A DNA stretch of 64,000 bases from Cyanobacteria bacterium auto_48_18 (GTDB lineage Bacteria; Cyanobacteriota; Vampirovibrionia; Obscuribacterales; Obscuribacteraceae): assembly GCA_036170915.1 (NCBI GenBank), contig JAVHQC010000022.1, forward strand, positions 32,001-96,000, read 5' to 3'. Shown here piece by piece: positions 7,516 through 17,782 of this stretch (its first letter is position 1; each line of letters begins with the position of its first letter). A model generated the notes under the pieces. It saw only the letters and a list, made by a program, of their open reading frames with translations. It searched no databases and was not told the DNA's origin. The position numbers and the translations under genes were made by a program.

Positions 7516-9369
7516 ATGCGATTTCCACAGCTCAAACTTTCGCACAAAGGCATATTGATGGTGGCGCTTCCTCTGGCTATTCAGGGTGGGGTGTACCTTA
7601 AGCTGAAAAGCGATCTGGCTCATCTTGAGCGAGAAACACGTGAGCTTGACGTGCGGCGTGACATCGTCAATCGCGTAAACCAAACTCTGCTTTATACCTT
7701 TTATGGCTTTCAATCGTTGATGCAGTTCAAGCTTTACGGCAAGAAAAGCAGTCGTGTTTATTTTGAGACGTATACAAAAAATCTGATCAAAGAAAATGAC
7801 GAACTGGCCGACATCATCGACAAAACTGAAGGTGATAAAACTAAAGGTGCCAGGCTGAGATTTCTTTCCCGTGACTACATTGTCGCCTTGAAAGAGTCTC
7901 AGTTTAATCCTGACGAGCAAAATCAGTTCGCTTCTATCACTGATGATTTGCTGCGTAATATTCACTTTCGTGACGTTTCGCGTGAGATGTTCACCGCCCT
8001 CAAAGACTTAGGTTTGGCAGAACAAGCCCGAGTTACTTATGCATCAGGCCGTGAAGAAGCTTATCGAAAGAAAGTACAGCAAGCCACTGATATGACAGTG
8101 CTTTTTAACGCTATCGTGGCACTTCTGCTGGCGATTGTTTTTGTGCGCGGCACGGTGGCAAAGCTTAACGTGCTAAAAGAGAATACAAGACGATTTGCCG
8201 GCAGCAAACCCTTGCTGGAGCGCCTTAACTCCACCGATGAGATTGGCGAGCTGGATAGCTTTTTCCATACCATGGCCGAAGCTCTCAATGAAGCGCGCTT
8301 GAAAGAAAAGTATATGAATGCGCTTCTGCAAGACAGCAAAGAACGCCTGGAAAATTTGATCAACAATATTCCAGCGGCCCTTGTGGTAACTGACGAACAA
8401 GGCCGCATTCAGTCTCTTAACCCCACCGCGGAAAAGCTTTTTGGTTATACCAATGACCAATTGATTCAGCAGCCTGTGGAAAAACTTTTTGCCAGACTGA
8501 GTAAAGGTGAGTCTCTATTCGAAAAGCTCAATAGTGGCTCTGGGGGGCATCCTGTTGCACTGGAAGGCCTGTCGTCTGATCAGGAAATCATCGCGGTGGA
8601 AGTAACGGCCACTCATTTTGCTGGACCAGATGGAAAAAGTATTCTTGCTACTATTATTGATGTCACCGAGCGTTATCGCCTCGAGGCGCTTAAACACGAG
8701 TTCTATGCTATGGTCAGTCATGATATTCGTACTCCTCTTACCACCATCAGCGGTATCTTGCAGTTGGCCCGCATGGGCCGCTATGGCGAAGTCAACCGCG
8801 AGCTGGCTGCGCGTTTTCAGGTGGCAGAAGATAACACGCATCGCTTGCTAGAGATGGTCAACAAACTGCTTGATCTGGACAAACTAGAAGAAGGCACAGT
8901 CGAGCTGCTACTCGAGCATGTGCCGGTAAAGTTTGTGGCCGGTGCAGCAATTGGCTCTACGCTGGCTCAGGCTGAGGCTAAGCAAGTGACTATTTCATGC
9001 ATTGATCGCAATTTGTCAGTTATGTGTGATGCTCACTATTTGACTCAAGTGATGACCAATTTGCTCGCTAATGCCATCGGTTATTCTCCTGCCTGTGGCG
9101 CCATTTTAATTGAGGCCCAAGAGCAGGCTGGAGGCCGCTTTGTTTGTATCAGTGTTAGCGACCAGGGCCCGGGCGTGCCTGAGGCGGCCAGAGCAACGGT
9201 TTTCGAACGCTTCAAGCAAAGCGATGTGCGGCGCGATCGCAAAAGTGGTTTTGGCCTTGGCCTCTCAATATGCAAAACCATAATTGATTTGCACGGTGGG
9301 CAAATCGGCGTTGATACCGCATCTGGTGGCAGCGGTGCCAGATTCTGGTTCAGGCTGGCAAAAGGCTAA
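7516..9369 (+). CDS. membrane sensor histidine kinase (2 TM, HAMP, PAS, HisKA, HATPase)
   Basis: DEIGEL HAMP motif, H-box VSHDIRTPL, N-box NLLANAI, DQGPG, GFGLGL. Confidence 0.95.
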   Translation: MRFPQLKLSHKGILMVALPLAIQGGVYLKLKSDLAHLERETRELDVRRDIVNRVNQTLLYTFYGFQSLMQFKLYGKKSSRVYFETYTKNLIKENDELADIIDKTEGDKTKGARLRFLSRDYIVALKESQFNPDEQNQFASITDDLLRNIHFRDVSREMFTALKDLGLAEQARVTYASGREEAYRKKVQQATDMTVLFNAIVALLLAIVFVRGTVAKLNVLKENTRRFAGSKPLLERLNSTDEIGELDSFFHTMAEALNEARLKEKYMNALLQDSKERLENLINNIPAALVVTDEQGRIQSLNPTAEKLFGYTNDQLIQQPVEKLFARLSKGESLFEKLNSGSGGHPVALEGLSSDQEIIAVEVTATHFAGPDGKSILATIIDVTERYRLEALKHEFYAMVSHDIRTPLTTISGILQLARMGRYGEVNRELAARFQVAEDNTHRLLEMVNKLLDLDKLEEGTVELLLEHVPVKFVAGAAIGSTLAQAEAKQVTISCIDRNLSVMCDAHYLTQVMTNLLANAIGYSPACGAILIEAQEQAGGRFVCISVSDQGPGVPEAARATVFERFKQSDVRRDRKSGFGLGLSICKTIIDLHGGQIGVDTASGGSGARFWFRLAKG

Positions 9370-9467
9370 GTTCGAAGTTTGCGCAAGACCTCGACATTTT
9401 TTTGTGTTGTCATGAACAGGCTGGGGTCATGAGGGGCTTACCTTAGCCCCGGCTAATACATTCGCCA

Positions 9468-9495
9468 TTGAAACTCATCAATATGCTTATATAAT
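9468..9495 (+). promoter_or_regulatory. sigma70-type promoter
   Basis: TTGAAA-16 nt-TATAAT upstream of the SD (AGGAG) and ATG at 9529. Confidence 0.5.
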
Positions 9496-9528
9496 CCAGC
9501 AGCATCTTTAGTAAAATTAGGAGTTTTC

Positions 9529-10467
9529 ATGTTTGCGCCGAAATTCAAATGCACATTGACCACTGCAATTTCTCTGGCCGCGTTGGTGGCACTACCAGCG
9601 GTGGCAGCGTCTGCCGATCCGGCGCAATTTGTCATGGAATACTACGCCGCCAAAGCTAAAGTCAAATTTCCGCTAGAGCTGCATGGCTTTTACTCTAAAC
9701 GGCTAGAAGTGAAACAAGCTGAGTTTGAAAAAATGCGCAAGGAAAATTCGCCTGAATATCGCATGATGATGGAGATGTTTAAACTGATAGGCGGTCAGGA
9801 ACCAACAGCAATCAAAATTGTCGGCACAAATACTGGTACTGCGGTGCGTCCGGTTTACAACATTGCTCCCGTAGTAATTCCTGAGCACTATAAGAAGCAG
9901 ATGACACCTGGTGCGAAGACATCATTGAAAGGCACTGTCGGTCTCGTTAAAGAGGCAGGAGCCTGGAAAGTAGATAAAGATTTCTGGAAATTTGAAGTGG
10001 TCAGCAAAGACGGCAAGTTCTCAGAGACTACTGGTTTTAACGACGAGAAGAGCGATGCTGGTGCTCGTGACTCTGATGCGCTTGTTAGCAGTCGCGGCAT
10101 CGATGGCGGCGATTCGCTCAGCAAGCTGATGGATGCTTTCAAAAATGAGTCTGCAACCATGACCGAGAAAACAGGTAAAAGCATTTATGCAGTGGTAAAA
10201 GTTGACGCCGACGGTTTAATCACCGATGTAAAAGTGGGTGGCGAGAAAACACCGCAACCCGCAGCTGAAGCTCAGGTTCGCGATATCTTGCTCAAGACCC
10301 AACCATTTAAACCATTGCCAAAAAAGTATGCTGGGCAGACTAATGCCTGGATGATGTTTGACTGGTCCGACAAAGGTACCGCCATCTCTGGACCGTATTT
10401 CAGCGAAGGCGAAGTCTCTGAAGATATTCGCAGCAAAGTACATACGGTGGAGCCGGCAGCAAAGTAA
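9529..10467 (+). CDS. exported protein, possible C-terminal TonB_C-like domain
   Basis: Signal peptide; VKVDADGLITDVKV...QPFKPLP resembles a TonB/TolA C-terminal domain. Confidence 0.7.
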   Translation: MFAPKFKCTLTTAISLAALVALPAVAASADPAQFVMEYYAAKAKVKFPLELHGFYSKRLEVKQAEFEKMRKENSPEYRMMMEMFKLIGGQEPTAIKIVGTNTGTAVRPVYNIAPVVIPEHYKKQMTPGAKTSLKGTVGLVKEAGAWKVDKDFWKFEVVSKDGKFSETTGFNDEKSDAGARDSDALVSSRGIDGGDSLSKLMDAFKNESATMTEKTGKSIYAVVKVDADGLITDVKVGGEKTPQPAAEAQVRDILLKTQPFKPLPKKYAGQTNAWMMFDWSDKGTAISGPYFSEGEVSEDIRSKVHTVEPAAK

Positions 10468-10484
10468 AATTGCGAAATAACTCG

Positions 10485-11234
10485 CTAAACTTCAATGGCG
10501 AGCAACTGCATCAAATTGATCAGAGCTGGTGTTGGGCTGTGTCGATTGGCGCAGCGCCACTTAAGATGAAAAGGCAATTTGTGCATGTAGTGACCAGAGA
10601 GCATCTCAACAATAGCTGCTTGTTCTGCGGTGGTGGCACGTTCAAAAGCTTCGATCAGCGGTTCAATTGCTTTTTCGTGTTTGAGCCAACCCAGCAAATA
10701 AATTGCTGCCATGCGGCGCGAGCTGCACTCTTGCTTTAACTCGCCTACCAGATTAACGAAGTTGGTGCGTTTAGCAATATCTTTTAAGACTTGCTTAGCC
10801 CGATTGACGCTTAAATGACCGCTGCCCGTGCTGACATTGTCGGCCATCATTTGCACGATAATTGCACGCCATTCGGCACTTTTTCCCGCAAATTCGAGTG
10901 CCAAATTGAGAATTGGTGTTTCGCAAGTTTTCAACTTTGAGGCAGTGGGCATTGTGCTAGAAATTGAGGCATTGAGCATGGAGCGCATTGTGCGTAAAGC
11001 AAGGGCAAAAGCAGTTTCCATCACCTGGGAATTATTTGACCTGGCGGCAATTGAGATGTACATGTCTAGTCTGGCTTGAACACTTAGTTCTTCCTCATCG
11101 ATAATCAGCGGTAGGGCGTGGCCAGTGGCACGGGCCTCAATATAATTAGAGAGGGCCGACAAGCTGGCCACCGCTGCTTCTGGCGCATGGGCGTGGGGAA
11201 GAGGTGAAAGATTTTGGCTGTCGTTAGTCTGCAT
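10485..11234 (-). CDS. HEAT-repeat domain protein
   Basis: RMAAIYLLGWLKHEKAIEPLIEAF is a PBS-lyase-type HEAT motif. Confidence 0.7.
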   Translation of the reverse strand: MQTNDSQNLSPLPHAHAPEAAVASLSALSNYIEARATGHALPLIIDEEELSVQARLDMYISIAARSNNSQVMETAFALALRTMRSMLNASISSTMPTASKLKTCETPILNLALEFAGKSAEWRAIIVQMMADNVSTGSGHLSVNRAKQVLKDIAKRTNFVNLVGELKQECSSRRMAAIYLLGWLKHEKAIEPLIEAFERATTAEQAAIVEMLSGHYMHKLPFHLKWRCANRHSPTPALINLMQLLAIEV

Positions 11235-11375
11235 TTTACTTCCCTGAACTCGCGGAACTTGATGAGCCGGGACTAATTCCCTGCTTACCGAATGTAAGCG
11301 GGCAAAATGACATTGACGTTACAGTTTTCTATTTCTATGTGACTATAATCTTGGTGTTGTTGAAGAGGGGCGGGC

Positions 11376-12047
11376 TTGTCAAAGGTTTTAATAGTTGAAG
11401 ACGACGTGTCTATCGCTCAGGTAGTCAAAGACGCTTTGACCGACGCGAAATACATGGTCGACATGGTGCACAACGGCGGCGACGCTCGTGAGTATCTGAA
11501 AAGCGTCACTTACGATTTGATTGTGATGGATTGGCAATTGCCTGACACCACCGGAATTGACCTGACTACAGAGTTTCGCGCAGCTGGGGGCACTTCGCCT
11601 GTTTTGTTTTTAACAGGTCGAAACACTGTACCTGACCGCATTACTGGTCTTGATTCAGGCGGCGATGATTATCTCACCAAACCTTTTGACATCCGCGAAC
11701 TTCTGTCTCGCGCTCGCGCACTGCTGCGCCGGCCGGCCCCGGTTACATATAAGTCGTTGAAAATACGCGAACTCGAACTTGACCCAGTGCAGCACGTAGT
11801 CAGTTTAAATGGTGCGCAAATCAAGCTCTACCCAAAAGAGTTTTCTTTGCTGGAGCTATTCATGCGCAGTCCGCAAAGAGTATTTTCCGGCGATGATTTA
11901 CTAAATAAAGTTTGGCCCACAGATTCAGATGCATCAATAGAAACTGTGCGCACCACAATTTTGCGATTGCGCCAGAAAATAGAGACAGACCCGGACAATC
12001 CTTTTATCAGGACCATCCGGGGTGTCGGTTATCGATTGGAGCCTTAG
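11376..12047 (+). CDS. OmpR/PhoB-family response regulator
   Basis: VEDD, DWQLP, DDYLTKPF, TIRGVGYRL. Confidence 0.97.
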   Translation: MSKVLIVEDDVSIAQVVKDALTDAKYMVDMVHNGGDAREYLKSVTYDLIVMDWQLPDTTGIDLTTEFRAAGGTSPVLFLTGRNTVPDRITGLDSGGDDYLTKPFDIRELLSRARALLRRPAPVTYKSLKIRELELDPVQHVVSLNGAQIKLYPKEFSLLELFMRSPQRVFSGDDLLNKVWPTDSDASIETVRTTILRLRQKIETDPDNPFIRTIRGVGYRLEP

Positions 12048-12050
12048 AGC

Positions 12051-13295
12051 TTAATAGTCGTTCTCTGGGGTGCTAGAGTCGCCGCGCATGGCATCCATTC
12101 TTGCTTTTAATGTAGGATTGATCGATTCCAGTTTTTCCAGGTTGTTGGAAACCGGCACGATGAAGCCTTTGTAGAGGCGGTGAGTGTTGTGACCAGTGGT
12201 GATGTTTTTCAGTTGAGTGGCCAGGGTGTCCATTTCTCTTTTTTGTTCGGCAGTGTAGTGGCCGTCAATTTTGATATCGAGCAAGCGGCAGGCAACATGG
12301 CTGTAACCTTCATTAGGTCTCAGTGTGGCCATGGCATCAATCTGGTTTTTCAGATCACTATCGCAATTATCTTTTGGTTTAGAGTTGGCCTTATCAGCTG
12401 CTTCACGCTCTTCCTTTTCTCTCAGAGCATCTTCAACAAGTTGGTCTTCGTATTTTTGTTCAGATTTTGAAATGCCGTCTTCAGGAACATCTACGTGGGG
12501 TGAGAAATCATCTACAGGAGCCAGGCCAGTTCTGCGATCGAGTTTATCGATGTTGATGCCGCGGCCGATGCCGAATGGTCCCATATGTTTGATTAAGGGC
12601 TGATCGCCGTTAAGCAGTGTTCTGACAAAGCTGGCGTTTCTTTCGTTGTAGACTTCGTCTTCTTCACCATTGGCGGCCTTTTCTTTGTAGTCTTTCAAGA
12701 AGGCTTTGTAGTCGCTCTTGCTGAGGCGTCCATTTTCTTTGTGAGAAGCGTCAAGGGCGTGCAGCAAAGCGCCGTTATTTTCGTACAGTGGAGATGCGGC
12801 ATCAAACGCTTGATCAGCTCTTAGCTCGCGTTTCAGAACACGGTTATTTTGTCTGCCCCAGCGATTGAGATCCGCATCTTCAATAGCGTTTGGATCGAAT
12901 TCAAATTGCTTGGTTGTGTGAGCCAGTTGGTCGTAGAAGGTTTTGTTCATTTTGGGCGAAGCTGAGGTGCTCTTCAGTTCGTCTGCGAAAATTGAAGCGA
13001 AGCCTCCTTGTTGAGAAATTGCGTTAACTTCAGGCTTGCTTATAACATTGTCGTTGTTCTGATCGAATTGGCCTTTATTTCTGCTCAGGTAAGCTACTGT
13101 CATGTTGGGCAGGTGTCCGGTCTCTGATAGCTCGGCAGCTACGTTCTTCCAATATTCCTTGTGTTGCGATTCAGACTTGAAGTCTCCGCGAGAATTTTCG
13201 TATTCTCTTTGCATATTTTGCACGGCAGAGTCGGCGCCGCCAGCAAGATAGCTATGGGAAAGTCTCTCAGCGTTTTTTACTGGATCGTCTGACAT
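12051..13295 (-). CDS. hypothetical protein with EF-hand-like loops and possible C-terminal LysM-like domain
   Basis: GGAGG SD before ATG at 13295; DQNNDNVISKPE loop; LRPNEGYSHVACRLL. Confidence 0.7.
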   Translation of the reverse strand: MSDDPVKNAERLSHSYLAGGADSAVQNMQREYENSRGDFKSESQHKEYWKNVAAELSETGHLPNMTVAYLSRNKGQFDQNNDNVISKPEVNAISQQGGFASIFADELKSTSASPKMNKTFYDQLAHTTKQFEFDPNAIEDADLNRWGRQNNRVLKRELRADQAFDAASPLYENNGALLHALDASHKENGRLSKSDYKAFLKDYKEKAANGEEDEVYNERNASFVRTLLNGDQPLIKHMGPFGIGRGINIDKLDRRTGLAPVDDFSPHVDVPEDGISKSEQKYEDQLVEDALREKEEREAADKANSKPKDNCDSDLKNQIDAMATLRPNEGYSHVACRLLDIKIDGHYTAEQKREMDTLATQLKNITTGHNTHRLYKGFIVPVSNNLEKLESINPTLKARMDAMRGDSSTPENDY

Positions 13296-13642
13296 GTAAG
13301 ATTCCTCCAAAAGGAACGAAGTCGGGGGGTGGAGGCAACTCGCCTCTCAGTGATGTCAATGTAGTGGCCGAATATAACAACCACATTGCATAGATTGAAA
13401 ATTTGCGAAGAATCAAAAAAACTTGGCGACTCCTTATATAAGGAATGCGCGGGGCAAAATTTGTTTTTTGTGTTACGTCAATGTTATGTAGCGAAGGCAT
13501 TATTACATCGTGAGTCGAAGCACCACCGGCAGAACCAGGGTGCGACGCATCGACAACTAAAGTTTCATCGGGGGATGGAAGTGGGGGAGGCAGGTTTTAC
13601 CTGTCTCTCTCTCATTTTAAGGCCCATTTGCCGTGAATCCAG

Positions 13643-14782
13643 TCAGGCTTGCATGAAGTCTCTAATCAAATTATGAAATTGAAAGACGCCGTTCTCCCAC
13701 TGAGGTGAATAGCGGCCGGTATCATAAAAGCGAGAACGGATGCCTTTTTGCACCAGCTCGACCACTGCTTCGTCTTCCATCTCGGTTTGATGAATATCCT
13801 TAACCGAATAATTGCCAAACCGCTCTTCGCGCCAGACATAAGTAAGGAAGCGGATTCTAGTAGTGTTGTGGCTTTGGGGCATGATCACATTGACAGACAA
13901 ACCCCAGGGATAAAAATTGAACATCATATTGGGGAAGAGCCAGTAGTAGTAGGCGGCAATCAGCTGGCCGAAATCTGGTGATGTGGGCGGCAGCTCAAAA
14001 GCATCTTCTTCGCGTGCGGCCACACCAATTTGAACATTGCAAAATGCATGAAAGTCAGTGTGATAGGCCTTTGTGTCAAGCAGCGAAACTAGCGATGGAT
14101 GGATGAAAGGCACATGCAGACCTTCCAGATAGTTCTCTATATAAAGCGCCCAATTAGCATTGATGAAATAGTCGCGAGAGAGCTCTGGTGCAAACTTGAA
14201 CTGATCTAAAGGAAGAAAGGACAAACGCTCTTTCATGGCACCGATGATTTGATCGAGTTCCAGAGTGGGTTCAACTGCGGCAAACAATAAATTTCCCCAA
14301 GTACCCATGGCTGCGTGCGGCAAATTGTCTTGTGCGTTGGGGAAATCTTCTGCTCCTTCAAACCCAGGCGCTGATTGATATTTTCCATCTAAAGCAAAGC
14401 GCCTGCCGTGATATCGACAACGAATCGAACTGTGTTCGCAGTTTTTTTCAATTAAAAGACTGCCGCGATGAGTGCAAACATTCGACAAGCAATTGAGCTT
14501 TTTTTCTTCTTGAGTGAGCAGCAAAGGCTCATTTAGACTGCCCTCTAACAACGTAAAAGGAGCCATAGCTCCGGTTTTTACCTGGCCGTTCTCAGTTAAC
14601 TCGGCAAAGATAGTTGGTGTGTCGCCTACAAATTGCCAGGTGCGCGCGAAAATTTTCTCAAGACTCAAATCATACTGCGCCGCGTCCAGATAAAAGCTGG
14701 CAGGCATGGTTCTGGCCTTCTCAACAGGCAGTGCATCTTGCGAATTTTGTTGTTTTATGGGGCGCGGTTTTTGACTGGTCAT
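13643..14782 (-). CDS. Rieske oxygenase alpha subunit (choline monooxygenase-like)
   Basis: CTHRG...CRYHG Rieske ligands; ENYLEGLHVPFIH and downstream ED iron ligands. Confidence 0.92.
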   Translation of the reverse strand: MTSQKPRPIKQQNSQDALPVEKARTMPASFYLDAAQYDLSLEKIFARTWQFVGDTPTIFAELTENGQVKTGAMAPFTLLEGSLNEPLLLTQEEKKLNCLSNVCTHRGSLLIEKNCEHSSIRCRYHGRRFALDGKYQSAPGFEGAEDFPNAQDNLPHAAMGTWGNLLFAAVEPTLELDQIIGAMKERLSFLPLDQFKFAPELSRDYFINANWALYIENYLEGLHVPFIHPSLVSLLDTKAYHTDFHAFCNVQIGVAAREEDAFELPPTSPDFGQLIAAYYYWLFPNMMFNFYPWGLSVNVIMPQSHNTTRIRFLTYVWREERFGNYSVKDIHQTEMEDEAVVELVQKGIRSRFYDTGRYSPQWENGVFQFHNLIRDFMQA

Positions 14783-14973
14783 GGGCCTACCTGCTGCTAT
14801 AACGGCAGTCTAAGGATACTGCAAAATCGAAATGCCATCTACCGCGTGTCATGTTTAGACTACATCAAAGCTCGGCTATGCAGCTCTAGAGCCAGTTTCG
14901 GGAGTTTCTGGAGGAACTTAGAGCGTCATTATTCGTCAAGGCGAAGGCAAGAAATGATGCTAAGGAGGCTTAT

Positions 14974-15372
14974 ATGAAGCTCAATAGAAGAAGCCGAGCT
15001 AACAAGCTTAGCGGCAGTGCACCCATTCCTCTCACGATTGTTCAGCCCGACGACGAGGCCGAGACTTATCGAGATGAAACAGACGGGGCATTTTTCAGAG
15101 AAGATAGCGGTGAGCTGTACGCTCGCGATTATTTTGCTGATGAAGAAGAAAGGCTGGGCAATCTTGAGACCCCCCACATGGCCAATAAAGATATTCGTGA
15201 GTGGTCAGATGGTTTGAGAGACGAAGAAAATCTCCAGGATGATCAGAATGAAGACGAGGAACTATCGCCCGAGTCAATGCTTCAATACGTAGACCTGGCT
15301 CTGGAAGCCGGTGACGTTGATAGCTTTGAAGTGTCTTTGCGACCAGCGGCAATAGATATTGCTGCGGCCTGA
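14974..15372 (+). CDS. acidic hypothetical protein
   Basis: AGGAGG SD; 132 aa, D/E-rich. Confidence 0.75.
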   Translation: MKLNRRSRANKLSGSAPIPLTIVQPDDEAETYRDETDGAFFREDSGELYARDYFADEEERLGNLETPHMANKDIREWSDGLRDEENLQDDQNEDEELSPESMLQYVDLALEAGDVDSFEVSLRPAAIDIAAA

Positions 15373-15395
15373 GCCGCCTGAGTTATACTTAGGCA

Positions 15396-15986
15396 ATGGT
15401 CGAAGAAAGTCAAAATTTGCCCAAGCTTGCGCCACCTGGTGCTGGTTTGCCAGCTTTAGAAATGTTTTTGCAAAAGAATATTGTGTTTCCGATTTTTTGC
15501 AAGATCACGTTTGACAGTGCTATCAGGCTGTTTGAGAAAGAATCAAAGTTGCTTCTGCGAGAAGTGACTTTGATTCCTGAGCCATTGCGCGATAAAAAAA
15601 TACTTGTGCCCAGACTTCCGGCCATAGAAGACAGTTCACGTTTCTGGTCGGCGGCAATGGTGCTCGAACATCTGATTATTGTGGGCAACAGCATTAAGAT
15701 TGTGGCACAGCATCTTGCTGCGGGAGAGAAGCCGCCAGGTGAGGCGAACATCGCGCAGGTGAAGCCTCCAGGCAATTTGTCGGGGGCCGTTTGTATCGAA
15801 CAATATCGCACTTATAGCGATGATTTTTTGAAAGCTGTACGCGGCATGCGTGGCGATCAATGGGCCACAGGTACTTTTAATCATCCCTGGTTTGGTCCGC
15901 TTACTTTGCACAAATGGATTTGTCTAGCTGCTATACACCAGCGTGTTCATCGCCGTCAGGTGGAAGCCATCATTAGTAGGCTTTAG
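15396..15986 (+). CDS. DinB/YfiT-family protein
   Basis: WSAAMVLEHL, HPWFGPLT, HQRVH metal-binding His triad. Confidence 0.85.
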   Translation: MVEESQNLPKLAPPGAGLPALEMFLQKNIVFPIFCKITFDSAIRLFEKESKLLLREVTLIPEPLRDKKILVPRLPAIEDSSRFWSAAMVLEHLIIVGNSIKIVAQHLAAGEKPPGEANIAQVKPPGNLSGAVCIEQYRTYSDDFLKAVRGMRGDQWATGTFNHPWFGPLTLHKWICLAAIHQRVHRRQVEAIISRL

Positions 15987-15995
15987 TTGGTTGGA

Positions 15996-16017
15996 AAAAA
16001 ACCTGCGCAGGTTTTTT
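15996..16017. terminator. probable intrinsic terminator
   Basis: Palindrome AAAAAACCTGCGCAGGTTTTTT right after the DinB stop. Confidence 0.55.
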
Positions 16018-16022
16018 GCAGC

Positions 16023-16071
16023 TTGACGCACACGCCCGATTCATGATAGATTGCGTACCAACTAGTCGGTA
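16023..16071 (+). promoter_or_regulatory. promoter and palindromic TetR operator
   Basis: TTGACG-18 nt-TAGATT with extended TG; operator TACCAACTAGTCGGTA (16056-16071) just before the tetR ATG. Confidence 0.7.
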
Positions 16072-16079
16072 TGTAATAA

Positions 16080-16709
16080 ATGGCGCGAACGAGAGATAAG
16101 GTCGCAACTAGAATAAAGCTGCTTGAAGCCGCTCGCGACACTATTCGCTTGAAAGGCTATGCCGGCACGACCGTAGACGACGTCTGTGCGGCGGCAGGCA
16201 GCACTAAAGGGAGTTTCTTTCATCATTTTGACAGCAAAGAGCAGCTCGGCATTGCTGCTGCTGAAAACTTCGGTGCTATGGCCCAGAATATTTTCAGTAC
16301 TGCACCCTATCATGCTCATCAAGATCCAGTAGATAGGCTTTTAGGTTACGTAGATTTTCGCATTGCCATGTTGGACGGCGACATTTCGCTTTACACCTGC
16401 TTGCTTGGCACCATGGTGCAAGAGGTTTATGCCACTCATCCCCAGTTGCGCGAAGTTTGCAATCAACAAATGGCAGACCATATAGCCGAACTGGAAATTG
16501 ACATCGAAGCTGCCAAAAAGCTCTATGCGCCTGACGCAACCTGGACCGTCAAAAGCGTGGGCTATTTCATTCAAGTTGTAATTCAAGGCGCGTTTGTTTA
16601 TGCCAAAGCCCAGCAAAATCCACAAGTAGCCATAGATAGCCTTATGCATCTTCGTTCTTATCTTCAGTCTATATTTCCAAACCGCACAAAAAAGGAAAGA
16701 GCAAATTGA
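16080..16709 (+). CDS. TetR/AcrR-family regulator (NemR-like)
   Basis: GYAGTTVDDVCAAAGSTKGSFFHHFDSKEQL HTH; CLLG motif. Confidence 0.95.
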   Translation: MARTRDKVATRIKLLEAARDTIRLKGYAGTTVDDVCAAAGSTKGSFFHHFDSKEQLGIAAAENFGAMAQNIFSTAPYHAHQDPVDRLLGYVDFRIAMLDGDISLYTCLLGTMVQEVYATHPQLREVCNQQMADHIAELEIDIEAAKKLYAPDATWTVKSVGYFIQVVIQGAFVYAKAQQNPQVAIDSLMHLRSYLQSIFPNRTKKERAN

Positions 16710-17206
16710 GCACCACAGCCAGCACTACCGCTAATACCACCGCGCCTGGGCGCGAATTAAGATTAACGCGCCTGATTGACGCTCCACGTGAGCTTGTATA
16801 TCGCGCCTGGACCGATCCGGAGTTGTTGGTGCAATGGTTTACACCGGCACCATATACGACTCCAAGCGCTATTTTAGATGTGCGGCCGGGAGGCTCAAAC
16901 GTGATTATTATGCGCGACCCTGACGGCAATGAATTTCCCAATAAAGGCATCTATTTAGATGTGATACCAAATGAAAAACTTGTACTCACCGACGCATATA
17001 CAAGTGCCTGGGAGCCGTCAGAAAAACCCTTCATGACCACCACGCTTACCTTTGAGAATGAAGGCGGCAAGACTAGATATACGGCCCGAGTCTGTCACTG
17101 GAGCGAAGCCGATCGCGAGGCACACGAAAAAATGGGCTTCCATGACGGCTGGTCTAAAGCCACAGATCAGTTGGAAGAGTTGATGGCGAAGCTACAAAAT
17201 AAGTAA
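16706..17206 (+). CDS. SRPBCC (AHSA1-like) protein
   Basis: APRELVYRAWTDPELLVQWF, DVRPGG, HEKMGFHDGW. Confidence 0.92.
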   Translation: MSTTASTTANTTAPGRELRLTRLIDAPRELVYRAWTDPELLVQWFTPAPYTTPSAILDVRPGGSNVIIMRDPDGNEFPNKGIYLDVIPNEKLVLTDAYTSAWEPSEKPFMTTTLTFENEGGKTRYTARVCHWSEADREAHEKMGFHDGWSKATDQLEELMAKLQNK

Positions 17207-17226
17207 TAAGAGGAACTGAAAATAAA

Positions 17227-17781
17227 ATGTTGAAGAAGATTGCAATAATCATAGCCGGTGTTTTAGTGGTAGCTGTGGGAGCCGTTCTAGCCATTGCTGC
17301 CGGTAAACCGGATGTGCTGCATGTTGAGCGATCAGCTCTGATTTCGGCTCCTCCGGCGACGATTTTTCCTATCGTCAACGATCTGCACCGGTGGACAGAA
17401 TGGTCACCTTATGAAGAGAAAGATCCAAAAATGAAGCGCACATTCAGTGGTGCTGATAAAGGCAAAGGTGCCGTCTACACCTGGGATGGCAACGACGAAG
17501 TTGGTAGCGGACGCATGGAAATTGCTGAAGTAACCGAACCATCAAAAATTAGTATCAATTTGCACTTCATCAAACCTTTTGAAGGTGACAACCTGTCTGA
17601 ATTTACATTCGTTCCTGAAGGTGATGCCACCAAAGTTACGTGGTCTATGACCGGCGAAAGCAAATTCCTTTGCAAAGTGATGCAGGTATTTATGAACATG
17701 GATGATATGTGCGGTAATGATTTTGCCAAAGGGCTGGCTAAATTGAAAACTGTGGCGGAAGGTGCTAAACCGGCTGCTTAG
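17227..17781 (+). CDS. SRPBCC polyketide cyclase/dehydrase-family protein
   Basis: N-terminal anchor; VERSALISAPP, WSPY, GAVYTWDGN, DFAKGLAKLK. Confidence 0.9.
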   Translation: MLKKIAIIIAGVLVVAVGAVLAIAAGKPDVLHVERSALISAPPATIFPIVNDLHRWTEWSPYEEKDPKMKRTFSGADKGKGAVYTWDGNDEVGSGRMEIAEVTEPSKISINLHFIKPFEGDNLSEFTFVPEGDATKVTWSMTGESKFLCKVMQVFMNMDDMCGNDFAKGLAKLKTVAEGAKPAA

Positions 17782-17782
17782 G

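Noticed and set aside
13500..13600. Possible sRNA hairpins in the 13296-13642 intergenic region
   Set aside because: Only short generic stems and no recognisable family features.
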